Assembly: GCA_040954595.2 (NCBI GenBank)
Contig: CM082578.2
Location: 15,794,998 to 15,858,997, forward strand
From: Balanoglossus misakiensis
Lineage: Eukaryota; Animalia; Hemichordata
Length of the DNA stretch: 64,000 nt
Direction: 5' to 3'
The notes beneath the pieces were generated by a model, which was given only the letters and a program-made list of their open reading frames with translations, was not told the DNA's origin and ran no database searches. Below are positions 1 through 14,215 of this stretch, in pieces; position 1 is the stretch's first letter, and the number at the start of each line of letters is the position of its first letter. Made by a program: the position numbers and the translations under genes.

Positions 1-551
1 AATTGACTGCAAAATGACAGTTTTACTGAGTTGTCTTGAGATATTGGCTGAGGTGAACATAAAATAAACTAATACTGGCTGTTTCATCTTCGATAGTAAA
101 TCGGGATGGCTCGGGATTTAGTTTGTTATTTTAATACATTGTTAACGATAAATCAAGCCATATCTGAATGCTTGACTCGCGTCACTTGTCATTTTGAATA
201 CTGTGTTTTAAACAAAAGACTCATTCATATTTGAATTCTTGATATGCATCAGCAATGATCAGCATTTTTTGATAAAATAAATCACGCATCCTCTTTGATT
301 GAACTCATTACAACAGGCAGCAGATAATTTGGTTTGGATTATTAAAAATATTATTGTCAATCTGTTAGCAGTCCATCAAAGAATCAGTCAACACCGCAGT
401 TCTTGGCTTCATTTATGATAGCAGTTTCCATAGCGACAGTATTCCCCAGTCTCCCAGAGAGACAATTACTGGAAAATCAATTATGCAGCACCACATATCG
501 CCAATGCAGTCATAATCACTGCATCCAAGGGTGATGATGAATGGTCATCTT

Positions 552-1178
552 CTAAACGGGCAGATCATCAGTTTTGGCACAAAATTCTGGTAAGCTGTTG
601 TATCGGCTTTTTGGTTGAGGATGTGAAAACTCGGGTAAACTCATCACCCGTCTGGTTTCCACCATTTCTGTATCGTCGGAGCGCGAGTCCTCATCACTTC
701 CACTACCAAAGGGATAAACTCTGGTGTGCAAAGCAGGCTTGAGCTTAGTAAGACTAGCAGTTCTTTTCAGGACCCACTCGCCGACACTCTCTTCCTTGGG
801 ACGTTCTTGTAATACTTGTTGTATAACCGATTTGAATAAAAGAGGGATTTCCTTCACTTGTGGTTCTCTCTCAATCACTTCTCGGAACCTCGTTATTACC
901 TTCCCGCTTTCCGGGGGTCTTACTTTCGTACAAAGTTCTTCAATCTCCAATCTTTGTATCTGTGGCATTTCAAAAGTCTTCGGCGGTGTGCTGATCAGCC
1001 AGCTGTAATCGACGCTTGTCCGCTTCAGTTTATCCTCATGGTCTTTTTCTCTCGCAAGGCGTTCGCTCTCTCGAATTTGAGTATCCAATTCCAGCAGAAG
1101 CGATTCAGCGACGACTGCGCTCTCGCATTTCTCGGGAGGACGATAATCGCTACCTCGAAACCAAGACATCAGTGGCAT
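552..1178 (-). CDS. RD3: RD3 (retinal degeneration 3) family protein, about 208 aa, single coding exon
   Basis: Within ORF 552..1388 the first Met (MPLMSWFR) is at 1178. Contains RD3-type segments 'ESLLLELDTQIRESERLARE', 'VDYSWLISTP', 'QRLEIEELCTKVRP' and 'VITRFRE...EIPLLFKSVIQQVL'. A pyrimidine-rich acceptor near 1290 suggests a 5' UTR intron. Confidence 0.85.
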   Translation of the reverse strand: MPLMSWFRGSDYRPPEKCESAVVAESLLLELDTQIRESERLAREKDHEDKLKRTSVDYSWLISTPPKTFEMPQIQRLEIEELCTKVRPPESGKVITRFREVIEREPQVKEIPLLFKSVIQQVLQERPKEESVGEWVLKRTASLTKLKPALHTRVYPFGSGSDEDSRSDDTEMVETRRVMSLPEFSHPQPKSRYNSLPEFCAKTDDLPV

Positions 1179-2126
1179 CTTCCCTCCAAGATCGTAGACG
1201 CCCTTTGATGATAGGGTGCTGCCAAAGCCTTCGTCAGCTCCAAGCCTTATGTACTGGATTGTGGCTTCTTGTCGGTCCAGCTTTGTTCTGTTCACTGAAG
1301 GAACGGCAAAACAACGACGAAAGGCAGCGAAGCTAGATGTACTGTGAAATACGTGGAATACTTCTAGTGCTAACGTTCCAAATGACAAAAGGATACGTCC
1401 TACACAGTCATGTCAGGTCATCGCTGCGACTGAGAGATTCAATCAGAATATTGTCCGGGTTTCTGGTAACAAACCAGTCTTGATGTTCGACTTTAAACGG
1501 ACCATACACCGTCGTGATCAGTATAAACGCTGTCCAACAGTGATGATGACGCGACGCCGTGGTCGACCGGTCTGTATTATTTGCCGGAGCAATCGGATAA
1601 CAAATGAAGTGTCATTCGATCAAGAAATCGCAGTGAGATGTTTAGTTCGCTACCGTTACCAGAGTCTCCGTTCGCTTGCTAGCCTATCACACCATATTAC
1701 CAAACAGATCATTGTGCGTGAAACTTATCATCTGAGATCACAAGGCGCTGTTCCGCTCCCTTATGCGGGAGATCACACGCACAGCCGACGCCGATAATGA
1801 TTGAGTAAGTGATTGAGTGCAACAAACGTTCACTGTGTATGAGGGCAGTACACAAAATACATTATGCAAATTATATGCTACATAAACATGTTAATATCAT
1901 GTTCATAGCAAAACAAAGTGCGGCGCGGCGGAGACAAATTTTGGGTTCTTGAAATGTTACGGATAAAGAAATATATTCTTATGAAATAAAGAAAACACAA
2001 TAACTCACATAAACTGACTATCAAGATGAAAATACTGTTTTGTTGACATTTGGAGCTACTCAGATTTTGCACCAATCAAATACATCGTTACAACACAGAT
2101 GACCCTATTTTCATTTCAAGGTCAAA

Positions 2127-2902
2127 ATGGCTCCCGTCGGAGGTAGGGAGTCGAGCGTTCAGCGACAAATACAACAGGACTGGGCAAATCGAGAGTATAT
2201 TGAAGTGATCACTAGCAGTATAAAGAAAATAGCGGACTTTTTGAATTCATTTGGTGAGTTTGATGTTTTGAGATTTCTTAATTTAAGCACAATAGCCCTT
2301 CAAAATATACAGAATGTAAGTCCACCAAACCGGAAGCAAATACAGTTTTTAGTCGACAAACACTTTACACAGAACTATATATTATTGTGCAGATCGGATT
2401 GAACATTTGTTTTGATCGATAACTAGCTACATTCCTTACAGTAAGGAAAATATTCGAGCTACATTTTTGCAACAAACAAACAAGGAAGTGCCGGTGTGAA
2501 AGCGCCCTCCAGTGTCGGTTTTGCTGGAGTTTCCTGGTACCTCTGATCAAAGATAGCACTCTTATGTTTAAGGTATCTTATTGTTTTGATAGATATGTCC
2601 TGCAGATCAAGACTGGCCACTTTGAATGAGAAGTTAACATCTCTAGAAAGACGCATAGAGTATATAGAAGCAAGGGTAAGTAGCACTCTTACTTTTCTGA
2701 TCCCCACCATCACCCATGGTTCTTGCTGCTTTTCATGGGTAGCGAGTAAGTATGAGGGGAAATGAAAATGTCTGCAGGCTTATTTGCATGTGATTATTGG
2801 TGGCAATGCCACATGCTTTGGTGTTCAGTCTCAGTCATAATTGACCAGATAGTTTCCTTTTCATATTCATTGCAGGTGACCAAAGGAGAAACACTGACAT
2901 AG
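2127..2902 (+). CDS. BRK1: BRICK1/HSPC300, WAVE regulatory complex subunit; exons 2127-2253, 2593-2675, 2876-2902
   Basis: Spliced product [78 protein letters not shown] matches the very conserved BRK1 sequence. Both introns are canonical GT-AG. Confidence 0.98.
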
Positions 2903-5877
2903 CTGTCGTCAAGAATATCACAGATATCACAATTTCATCAACAGTCCCACTCCAAGAAGTGCAAGATTGTGCGTTGATAAACTCTCATCCAAATCAGCTT
3001 CCACTGTATTCAGGAAGTAGTTTGTATTCACACAAGAATCATGGATTTGAATATTTCCTGGAGTCGTTAATTAACAGTTGCCATGTTTTGAAGAACAGTA
3101 TTTTGTGGTATGATTTGTAACAAAGCTTTCATAAAACATTGTATACAGACATAAATAGATTTCAGTATACTTACACAAATTTCTCCGTGTTGATTTTCCC
3201 TTGCAACACCATGGTTTGGTCCAACTCCATTGTTTTACAGCAATGCTGGACCTTTATAGAGAGAAATGGGGTGAAAGGGTTAATTTGCTTAGTAGCACTC
3301 TTCTGTAGTATTCCTGATCTCTGATGTAGTGTCATTGCATCCTTTTCATTTGCCATTAGTCTTATCTAGTTATCTGTAGTCTATCTCATTTGTTCAGTCA
3401 TTTATATCTCTTGTCACTGCTATTTTGTAAAATATTAAAAATAACTTTTTTTTACAAACGAGATAATGTTGTGGAAAGTTAATGTATTTGTTTACACCCC
3501 CAAAATTGAGCCCCTTTAGAGAGGGTGTATGCAGACCTTGACAAAATCCAGTAGTAGATCTGTATCAGCAAAGAAAGCCCATGGCTAGAACACTGAGGCT
3601 GCTGAAGAAGACAGTATTTGTACACTGAGGTGCGGATAGTATTTTGACACGTGTAATTGGATACAAGTCCATGATATGACACAACAGTATAGAATACCAC
3701 TGGGTTGCCACGGAGCTGAATTTGAAATGTTGATTTTTAAGGAGTTCATTTCACTTCCCAATTGAAAAAGAACACTTATGTGGAACAGTATAGTATATCG
3801 TACATGTCAAAGTGACTTAATAACGAGCGCCCTCTCTAGTGAATAATGGGCGTTTCTGTTGTTTTAGAGTCCTGTGTAGCAAGGGAGGGGCTAGGGGCCG
3901 TGCCTCGGAATAGTTTGATTGGAATACGAATCTTTGCTTAGGTATACTAGAAAACAACGTACGAAACGTGTCAACATGTTGAGCCAAGAAAATGCTGATT
4001 AAAGACATGACGTTGCCATACACCACCCCTATTTTTTAAAGACAGCATCATTTTCATCAATGTTGACGACTGAAGTTGCCACCTCTAAAGATATATTATA
4101 AAATAGAATTTATAGATACTTCTTATTGTGTATATTACACAACAGTTCTCTGAGTATTCTCTGCAACATGTTTCAATGATGTACTAGTATTGAAAAGACG
4201 GGTGGCTTTTGTACTGATTCCCCTATAGGCCATAACTTATACAAGGCTACAGTAAACTTCACAACAGTCGATGGACAGTCTCAGAGAGGATTTCCTCCCA
4301 GGCAGAATATGCATGATTGCAATGATTATTTACCTAGTAGGCCGTGTAGACAAGTTATTACTGTAAGCCTTCTGTGTCATAAGATATCATGTACAAATTG
4401 AAATATCGAGAAACTGAGAACGCGATGAAAGTGAAAACGATACCTGCCTTGTATCACGCGCTGGCCTTCCCCCTCGCACGTTACACACGTGGAAATACAT
4501 TAATGACATGTTAATTTCACAATTTACATGTCAATAGTATCAAGGCTTAATGGCCTTCCAAGAGGACATTCTATTGTGAATAATACTTAGTCAGCGCGCA
4601 GATGATGCTTAAAAAGTGACTTTGTTTTCGCGAATGGAAAAAGTATGAGGCTACATTGCATTTCTAGGTCGCCGATTATCCATTCGTATCGATATCGGAT
4701 CGCGTGGACAAGCAAAACGAGATTTATCAAAACTCTGGAAGGTGAGTATTACTGACGCATTGCTGTCTTCTAGATAACGTCATATATGACGTATGGAGAT
4801 GTCAAGGATATATCATGTTTCGGTGATAATTACTTTTACCTATATTTGTGAAAATGCGTTTCAGTATATATTAGATTTTTGTTCAACTTTCATGCAAACA
4901 CTTTCAAAATTTATTCAATTACTACGAGGCCAATAGAAACGTATTTGACCTCAGAATATACTAGTATGACCTTCTTGCGCTGAGGGAAACTGAAAGCGTA
5001 TACTACTATACTATACTAGTCTCGTTTGTCAATTAAGCCCCAATTACCTCCTAACCAGAAATGTAGCCGCAAAAGCGAGTTGCTCGCAATTGTAGCTCAG
5101 AGGTCTGGCGAGGGATACCCTACCAGTGCACCTGGCGTACCACAGGCAAAAACTACAAGAATATTGCCTTGAGGTAACGGGCATTTTCCTCGTGATAAGC
5201 TTTCACTTGTGAAAAGTAAACTATATCTTTATGCGCATGTCATGTCACAACTGTATTGGAACAGAACCTGGTGAATGGTTTCAATTTATGGCTCAATCAT
5301 ACAACGATCGCGACACAACGGCTACCTTATCAAGGTGTTGTATCAGCCGCTGTGTGGAAAAAGGAAAAGCATAAACAGCCAAATATGATATCAGACGATT
5401 TGTCCGCCTATAAGTCCAGCAATCATGGGACGCTTTACCGACCATAGAAAACATACATGTACTAGTATATTTCATATGATCACGCGTCGTACGTGCCAAC
5501 AGATCACGACGTGACGCGTGACGTGCTGCCTGTGCAGGGGGTGCCCTTCCCGATTAATTATGAAAAGGCCTGTTTACCCGCATGTCAATGCCTTGCATAA
5601 TCACGTCTCTGTATTGTATGTGGTATCATAGACAGTACTGTCTATACTGGTATAGGATGACCTCATAATGATTATTAGCCTGGAATTGAAACGTCTGTTG
5701 TCCAAGGCTGTCACCCCTTTGTATTAAAAGGAGCACGTTCTTTACCTGCTCTACATAACAGCCTGCCCTAGTTCTCCATTAATACCCAGTTATTCATTTC
5801 TACCTCAGAGTACAGCCGTTACAGTTGTAAACGATGAGATAGCCAGAATTCCCTGTCTGCGCGTACACCTATAGATT

Positions 5878-7201
<1,324 letters not shown>

Positions 7202-8808
7202 AGTCTGTCACAGTGTTGATGACCTGCTAATGGAATCAGTGGGAGACTGCTCCGACTGGAGTAGGTATTCATTTCTGTCATCTGGGATCGACTGAGTGTA
7301 GTAGCAATGCCGAGCAGTGACATGCATGTAATGCATCCGTGTCACAGAGAATCCCTACAGAAGCACGAGTAGTTGTCGTTGAGGGCATCCCCCACGAAGA
7401 GCAGTACATATACGTCCGAATTTCAGGTAGAGGCAGTACGAGATCACTGTTAAGATGTATACGCAAAATAACTGAACCGGTCATATGACGCTAGAATGGA
7501 CAGTACGCTCATTAAAAAGTGCATGATGTTTTCTTTTACATGACTGAATTGAAAATGCATGAACAAGTTAGGGGACAGTAGGATTTTGTATTCGATTGCA
7601 AACATTTAAATTAATACGTGATTTCATTTTTATGTCATGTATCTAAAGCATAGTACAGTTAAGAGGATTACATTTCATGGTAGTTTACCAAAGGCATAAC
7701 TTCTTACGATGATACCCACCGTTAACTCATCTTTATGAAGAATTGAAGAAGTTTGCATATTTGTGAGGGTTTTTTCATCGCATCCGTAACACGGATAATC
7801 ATTTGTAAATACAGTTTTTCTCTTATCGGATTATTTTGACTTTTATATGAAACATAATCATCAAAAATTTCACTATTTATTGAATCGATCCGATTTTTCT
7901 GTACCTTTCTTAAACCATGTACATCTTTCAGTATAAATGATCGTAAATTTACCATTACGATAGTAATAAAAATCTACGGTTGAAAAACACGATGATGTGA
8001 CAAATGCAAATTAAAATGTGTCGATATAATAAATGGTATGCATTGCTATCTCAATTTAAGTCCTAGTTAAAACAAACCCTTTCAGTGACATCATCATTGT
8101 CTCTTTCAAGGTATATGTCGAGCATCTTTACAATGTCTTTTCTTATTGTCAAGTCCATTTTATGCAGTTCCACGTGTTTCGCACACAGTGCCTCGACTGA
8201 ACTCAGTTACCAGTTGCTTACTGGAAAATTTGGTAATTTCAACTGCAGCACGCTGCATTTCCGATCCTAAAAGGTCCTGTTTCACAACGGAACAAGTTGA
8301 AGATTCTTGTCAAAATCTGTTTGACGCGAGCTCCAGCTATAAAATTCAGCACTTTGATATGCTTTATGCAATCTGCATGGACTACCTAAGATTGGGGAAA
8401 AGACGAAATAACATATCAACTGAGGTTGGCGGCATTCACATAACCCGTATGTACCCAAATTGAATTTGAACACGAACGGGCAATGTGTTGTGAACAAGCA
8501 GACCGACCCCCCCCCCCCCCCCACAATATCATAGTATTGTACCAGGGTAAAATCCAAAACTAACAGAATAGGCCACTTTCATGCATGACCCCTTTGTGAC
8601 CCCTACATCCTGGCATTTTGTTGGTATGAGTTTATCATGATTTTTGGCTTAAACTCTGGATCAGTCGACTATACTTATTGAATCTGTGCGCCTGTAATTC
8701 ACCCTACCTAGAACAAAGACCTGTATGTAATGTTAAATGCTGTATGATGTCATACCTACAAAATACCAGTATGTACGGTCACTCAGGGGTCACGAAAGTG
8801 ACCTTGTT

Positions 8809-10395
8809 TTATGAAAGTGAACTTTTTTCACTACCTTGGACTGTTAGAACTGGTATGACGGGTGGAGTTCGCCTATCGCGGATAATTTGACCGATGCCAT
8901 ATCTCATACATAAATATACCAGCAGAATGATAACAACGGCAGCTAGTCCTATCGATATGCCAATGACAGAAGATATAGATACTGTGCTGCCTTCCCCTAT
9001 AATAAAGTAGAATAGTAGAACACGTGGACAAATCTGACGCATTAGTCATTTAGCATGTTTTTAACCATTAAAGCCAATTTGTTCATTTACCCAGTGGCAA
9101 ATGTACTGCCGTATCAGAAAACTGACGATAAAATTTGGAACATGAATCCCTACCTGGAGCAAATTCACACCTCTCACCATAATAACCGTCATTACACCTA
9201 CACACACCAGATATAGCAATACATTCACCATGGCTGCTGCAGTTACCATCATAGCGACAGTCAAAGCCAAACTTCTCAAACATATCTGAGAGAGTGAGCA
9301 AGAGAGAGGGGGGAGGGGGGGGGAGTTATTGCAACAATACCCATGTATAAACCAACTGGAATGTCATCAATTTGACGTGTCATAGTTCTAACATATCTTT
9401 CTTTTGCAGTTGTTCTAGAGAAGCATTCAATCTCAATGTACATTGGTGTGATTTGTGTCTGTGAGCGCCAAAGTGGGCATGCACAATGGGAAGTCCGTAC
9501 GAACTTACCAATTTCACAATGTCTACCGTAAAACCTGTCGGTACATGTACATGTGGGCTCGTGATCATGGATCATTTCACAGATTCCCCGATTTAAGCAT
9601 CCTCCACATTCTTTCAGCGAAACTGTAACAAAAATACCGGCGGGTCTTTAGTCGTTATTATAAAATGACCGTAGATTACCCAGACTGGCGACGACACCAG
9701 AGTACACGTAGGCCTATACACGTGTCGCATACGCCATGACAGGATAATTACAAAGGGGAAATTTATGTGGTTCATGAACTTCGACAAATGATTGAATAAT
9801 ACATAAGAATTATGATTAATGAGTCAGATCGATGCAAGGTGATACGGCATTAAAGAACAAAGATCAATATGCGATGCAAGCTGTCATTAAATGAAATGAT
9901 ATTCATAAATGTAGGCGTGATATGTTAATTGACTTTTAAAGGCCAGGTGCATGGATCTGGTAACAATTGAGAAATCCTTCGTGCGTCTTGGAACTAGTCG
10001 ATTTGGAGACGTGATATGAAAAATAGCCGACAAAATTTACTGACGTCTCGTTTTATCATTTATGACGAGTCTTTAAACCGGATGCTTAATAAAACTCCCC
10101 AAAAATTAAATATAATCTCACCTTCCCTGCATATGACCTCGGAAGAGAAATATATCATTAGCAGAATTAGGGAGGGAGTCTTGAATGTCATTTTACATTT
10201 TCTGCTCTCTAGCGTATTGAGTATACTAGCTGTTGATAAAATAAATGACACAAATAGTAAACACTGGGGTCGATAGAACTTTGCAGTTGTTTTCAATCCA
10301 GCTGGGTTATACGGGTACACGGTTGTAAAACTCTTGTTTTTGAGAATGTTGCCTCCGGATATACTTTTGCAAGCATATGAAACTAACGAGGACAT
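8809..10395 (-). CDS. Gene B: 2xEGF + TM protein with a short tail; exons 10395-10197 (leader, tentative), 9622-9509 (EGF1), 9285-9154 (EGF2), 8996-8835 or read-through to stop at 8809 (TM); possible last exon 8276-8239
   Basis: EGF1 CGGCLNRGICEMIHDHEPTCTCTDRFYGRHC, EGF2 CRYDGNCSSHGECIAISGVCRCNDGYYGERC, TM VIGISIGLAAVVIILLVYLCM. Phase-1 splice sites. The first exon and the 3' end are uncertain. Confidence 0.75.
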
Positions 10396-11818
10396 TCTCG
10401 TTACAGCTCTATTGAGAACATATGAAATACCTTCAATTAAATCTAAATGTTATGTGATACAGTTAAAAGCTATAAAAATAGAATACCATCTACGAATAAG
10501 CTTGTAATTACCCGGTGATGTCAAAATGGTGTCATTTACAGCCTGTTATTCCCCTTTCTTTGCCATTTTCGAAACTGATATGATCGAAATACGGGTTTTT
10601 TGTACGGTAATGGTGATAAAATCTCTGGCGTCATATCACTAATAATGGAACGATGGGAGGTAAACCGCTATTTTGGTATACTCAGTACCGTGCAATTTTT
10701 ATCAGTACCATGCAATATTTAGGCCAACAGATGCCACGGCAATATTTCACCACATGAGTTACAATGGACGCACGCACATATAATGGGGATTCACAATATC
10801 TCCGTTGCACTAACCTGTCACCGATTTTGACGACGGTGCATGATTTGTGTGATGTTCTACGCAAGAATACCTGATTCCTCCCGGCCAATCACGCTGTGTA
10901 CACGATGACGATGTCGAGTATCATTTGTGATACTGTTAGGTGGCGATCACGTCACATGCGGCGTATTTTTAGAAAACTGCACAGAAGCCGGGTCAATTGA
11001 ACTCAGAGAATGTGGTAAATTGATGGGCGCATAGTGACATTACCATTTTAGCTCACGTATGGGAACTGAGCAGAGGCGGAGTAGAGCAGAGCTATGACCG
11101 AACAGATACAGAGCAAGGAGGGAGAGGGAGAAGTCGTACAGTTGAAAAGCTAAATAGCGACTACTGGGCTTGCAGTAACCAAGCAATTTTTGTTACGATA
11201 AACGTCGTCATTAGATTGCCCTGACGGAGGTAAACTGACTCGTGGGACGTTTGCATCTTTATCTTTTTTTATTTCGTCAACCATGTGATTTTTTGTAGGA
11301 AATAAAACACCTCATGAATATAATACCAGTTTCAAGGGCCACAGCAGAAAAGAGTAAACAACCGACACAGCGTAATGTGAGGGCGTCCTTCTCTGATCCG
11401 CAGGTGGATGCCACTTTTTTGGTGACCAAAAGTGCGTCATATCATGGTCATTAGATGCCTTAGACATGACATTTTAATCACATATGGGAATATTCTATTA
11501 GAGGGGATCGTCTTTTAACCAACTGTTTGGAGTGTTGAAAAATATTGAAAGTCGCCCATCACTATCTTAACTGGCCAGTCTCACAATCCTAGAATAGTGA
11601 TTTTATCCTTTAAGGACCTTTGAAAACTTTCTGCCTGTTTCTGATATTAATATGTGTTAAAATATACTTATTTTGCTACCACGATACCTTATATTGTGAC
11701 CTGTTTTTGAAGTATATACATAGGCTGTAATATTCTGCTCATGTGTAAATGGCATATGGAAATATATATAAAGTCACCTTCTGCGTTTGCATTAGATATG
11801 CATTCGTCACTTCTCGAC

Positions 11819-13022
11819 TCAGAGAGTCGTGCTGTCAACAGCATTGCTGTCCGACCCCGAGGGATCATGCTGATCACGTGACGATTCAACGTCACCGCCT
11901 TGACTTGAAGTCTTGCCACTATCGAAGAAGCCATTGCTGTCACTGCCAAGTTCCACGTCTATTCTACTGCTATGCAAATTTTTCATAGCCATCTCGCTTT
12001 CGCCTACGTTGCCTGTTGGAGAGGGGCACTCGGAACCGTTCTGGCCTTCGCTCGATATTGTCGACGGGCAACGCATAAATAAACCGCTGACGTCCGTGTG
12101 GACACTTGTCTCTTTCTCGTCGGAGGCCGCCGCTTCGTCGTACGGCGGCGGTAGACTTACAAGACTACATTCCTGCAGTGTGACGCCGGACGGAGTTCTC
12201 TCACAAATCTCCCTGTCCAGCGCCCGCTTCGATGAGTTCTGAAGCGCCCCAGGCGATGTTGAGATTCCTCGTAGACCTGCCTTCGACGACCGTTTGCGTT
12301 TTGGAAGTGACGGAAACCATGACCCAGACTGGTTGCCGAAACCTGCAACGTGAAGGGGAAAAAAACCATGGTTCCACTGTTGTAATGGTGGTCATCTATT
12401 TATACGTTTCCGTGGTCCCAAATCCGCAGTTTTTCAACTGGAAACTGCAAAGTACATCTAAATGCCGCACGACAGCGTGAAAACAATATCTTGGGCAAGT
12501 TGCATGCAGTAACTCTTACTTTATGCAAACAATCTTCATTGCACTAACCACATCCATAAGATCGTGAATTCTAACCAAGACGAACTTCCCCACTTCAAGC
12601 CAATCAGACTTATCGTTCAAAGGATATCATGTACGTCCACAGACAGTCCAGACAGACAGACGGACGGACACAGACAAATACTGTTACGACAATAGCACCT
12701 GTGTGTGAACACGGGAGCTGATAAAATAAATAGGTGTAAACTCACAGCTACTGTCGTTTCTCTGTATATCATAACCTGCTTGCTTCATTCGCAAACCCTC
12801 AGGAAGTCTTAGACGCGGTGGCCCGTCAACCTGAATAGCGTTACGGACTTCTTCTTCGGCTTCTTCGTCTTCCTGTCGGTCTCGTATTCGTTTGACATTG
12901 ATGTATATGACAACCATACAGACTGCCATCATTACAACCAGTGAAAAGATTATCGACACTATCATTGAACGCCTATTTTTCTCGTCCTCAGTCGGGCTGT
13001 TCCACGGATCTTAGAAGATAAT

Positions 13023-13120
<98 letters not shown>

Positions 13121-13978
13121 TAATTAACTGTAACCGGCACATCTTCTTTAACATTCAGTTTTATATTGAATTGTTAATACTTTTTTCCGCACTTTTTGCG
13201 AATCTTCAATTAGAAAGGTTTTACTAGTAAGGCAGATACAATTAACTTACCATTTGAGCTTTGGCAACGTTCGCCATAATAGGGATCAACACATGCGCAT
13301 ACACCTGTATTCTTGTTGCAGTAGCCTCCATTCAGACACGATTGCATATTGCAATTAAATTTCACTGTATTGAATGATAAAGATAACATAGGTGACTTTG
13401 AATTGAAACCTCTCTGGTCTATCCTGTGTTAATTGACAATGTACTATGAAGCAATTCAGTTACCACAATATTCAGGCTTAATGTAATATGTCAACGAGTT
13501 GCAGCCACGACCGGACATGATGCAAAGAATGATCACCATAGATACGTACCCTCTTCACAGTTTTCTCCAGTGAAATCGATAGGACAAATGCATTGTGGGA
13601 TGCTTGGGTCACAAGTTCCCCCGTTGTCACATATACCACATGGGTCAATCGTTGACGTTGTATTGCTATTGTTGCCTGTTGACAAGGAAAAATGTGCATC
13701 GCTTTATGTGTTCAGGCAGTTGAGCAAAGCAAGGTCAGCATAAGTTCTCGTTTCACCGTTGAGGGCTTACCAGTACAATAGGGAGACCCTATTACCAAAA
13801 TCGTCGTACTGTGGCACTGCACGTGGAACACTGCATGTGGATGTGAAAGGAACTGTACTAGGCGAAAACTCATGTACACAAGGTTATTATGTCTAATCAA
13901 ATACCTACCGGCGATTGGATAGACTGCTGTAATAAGGATCACATTCAATGATGTGTACAGTGCCACTTCAGAAGTCAT
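11819..13978 (-). CDS. Gene C: signal-EGF-EGF-TM-PPxY-PDZ protein; exons 13978-13909, 13675-13550, 13364-13251, 13009-12776, 12342-11819
   Basis: Leader MTSEVALYTSLNVILITAVYPIA; EGF1 CGICDNGGTCDPSIPQCICPIDFTGENC; EGF2 CNMQSCLNGGYCNKNTGVCACVDPYYGERC; TM then QVDGPPR; tail GLRGISTSPGALQ, LPPPYDEA, SGLFMR, DSGKTS, ending DSTTL*. All introns phase 1 GT-AG. Confidence 0.88.
13025..13120. repeat. (CAT)n microsatellite, about 31 units, in the intron just before the TM exon of gene C
   Basis: Directly visible perfect repeat. Confidence 0.98.
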
Positions 13979-14109
13979 CGTTGGAAGCAGCTTTTAGGTC
14001 CTGAAAGTAAACCAGATGAGAACGTAGCATTAGCAAGACATTCTTGGAGCGACAACCACTGACGAGCGAGTGTCTTTCATTCCTGGCTTTGTAATCATCA
14101 CCTGGATGG

Positions 14110-14215
14110 TTTTGGTGACGGTGGTAGTGATGATGATGGTGGTGGTGGTGGGGGTGGTGCCGGGTAATGATTACGGTGGTGGTGATGAGGATGATGATGA
14201 TGATGATGACGATGT
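14110..14215. repeat. Degenerate (GGT)n/(GAT)n simple repeat
   Basis: Low-complexity run upstream of the first coding exon of gene C. Confidence 0.8.

Noticed and set aside
1179-1388. 70-aa N-terminal extension of the RD3 ORF
   Set aside because: Depends on a TTG start, spans a probable splice acceptor and shows no family similarity.
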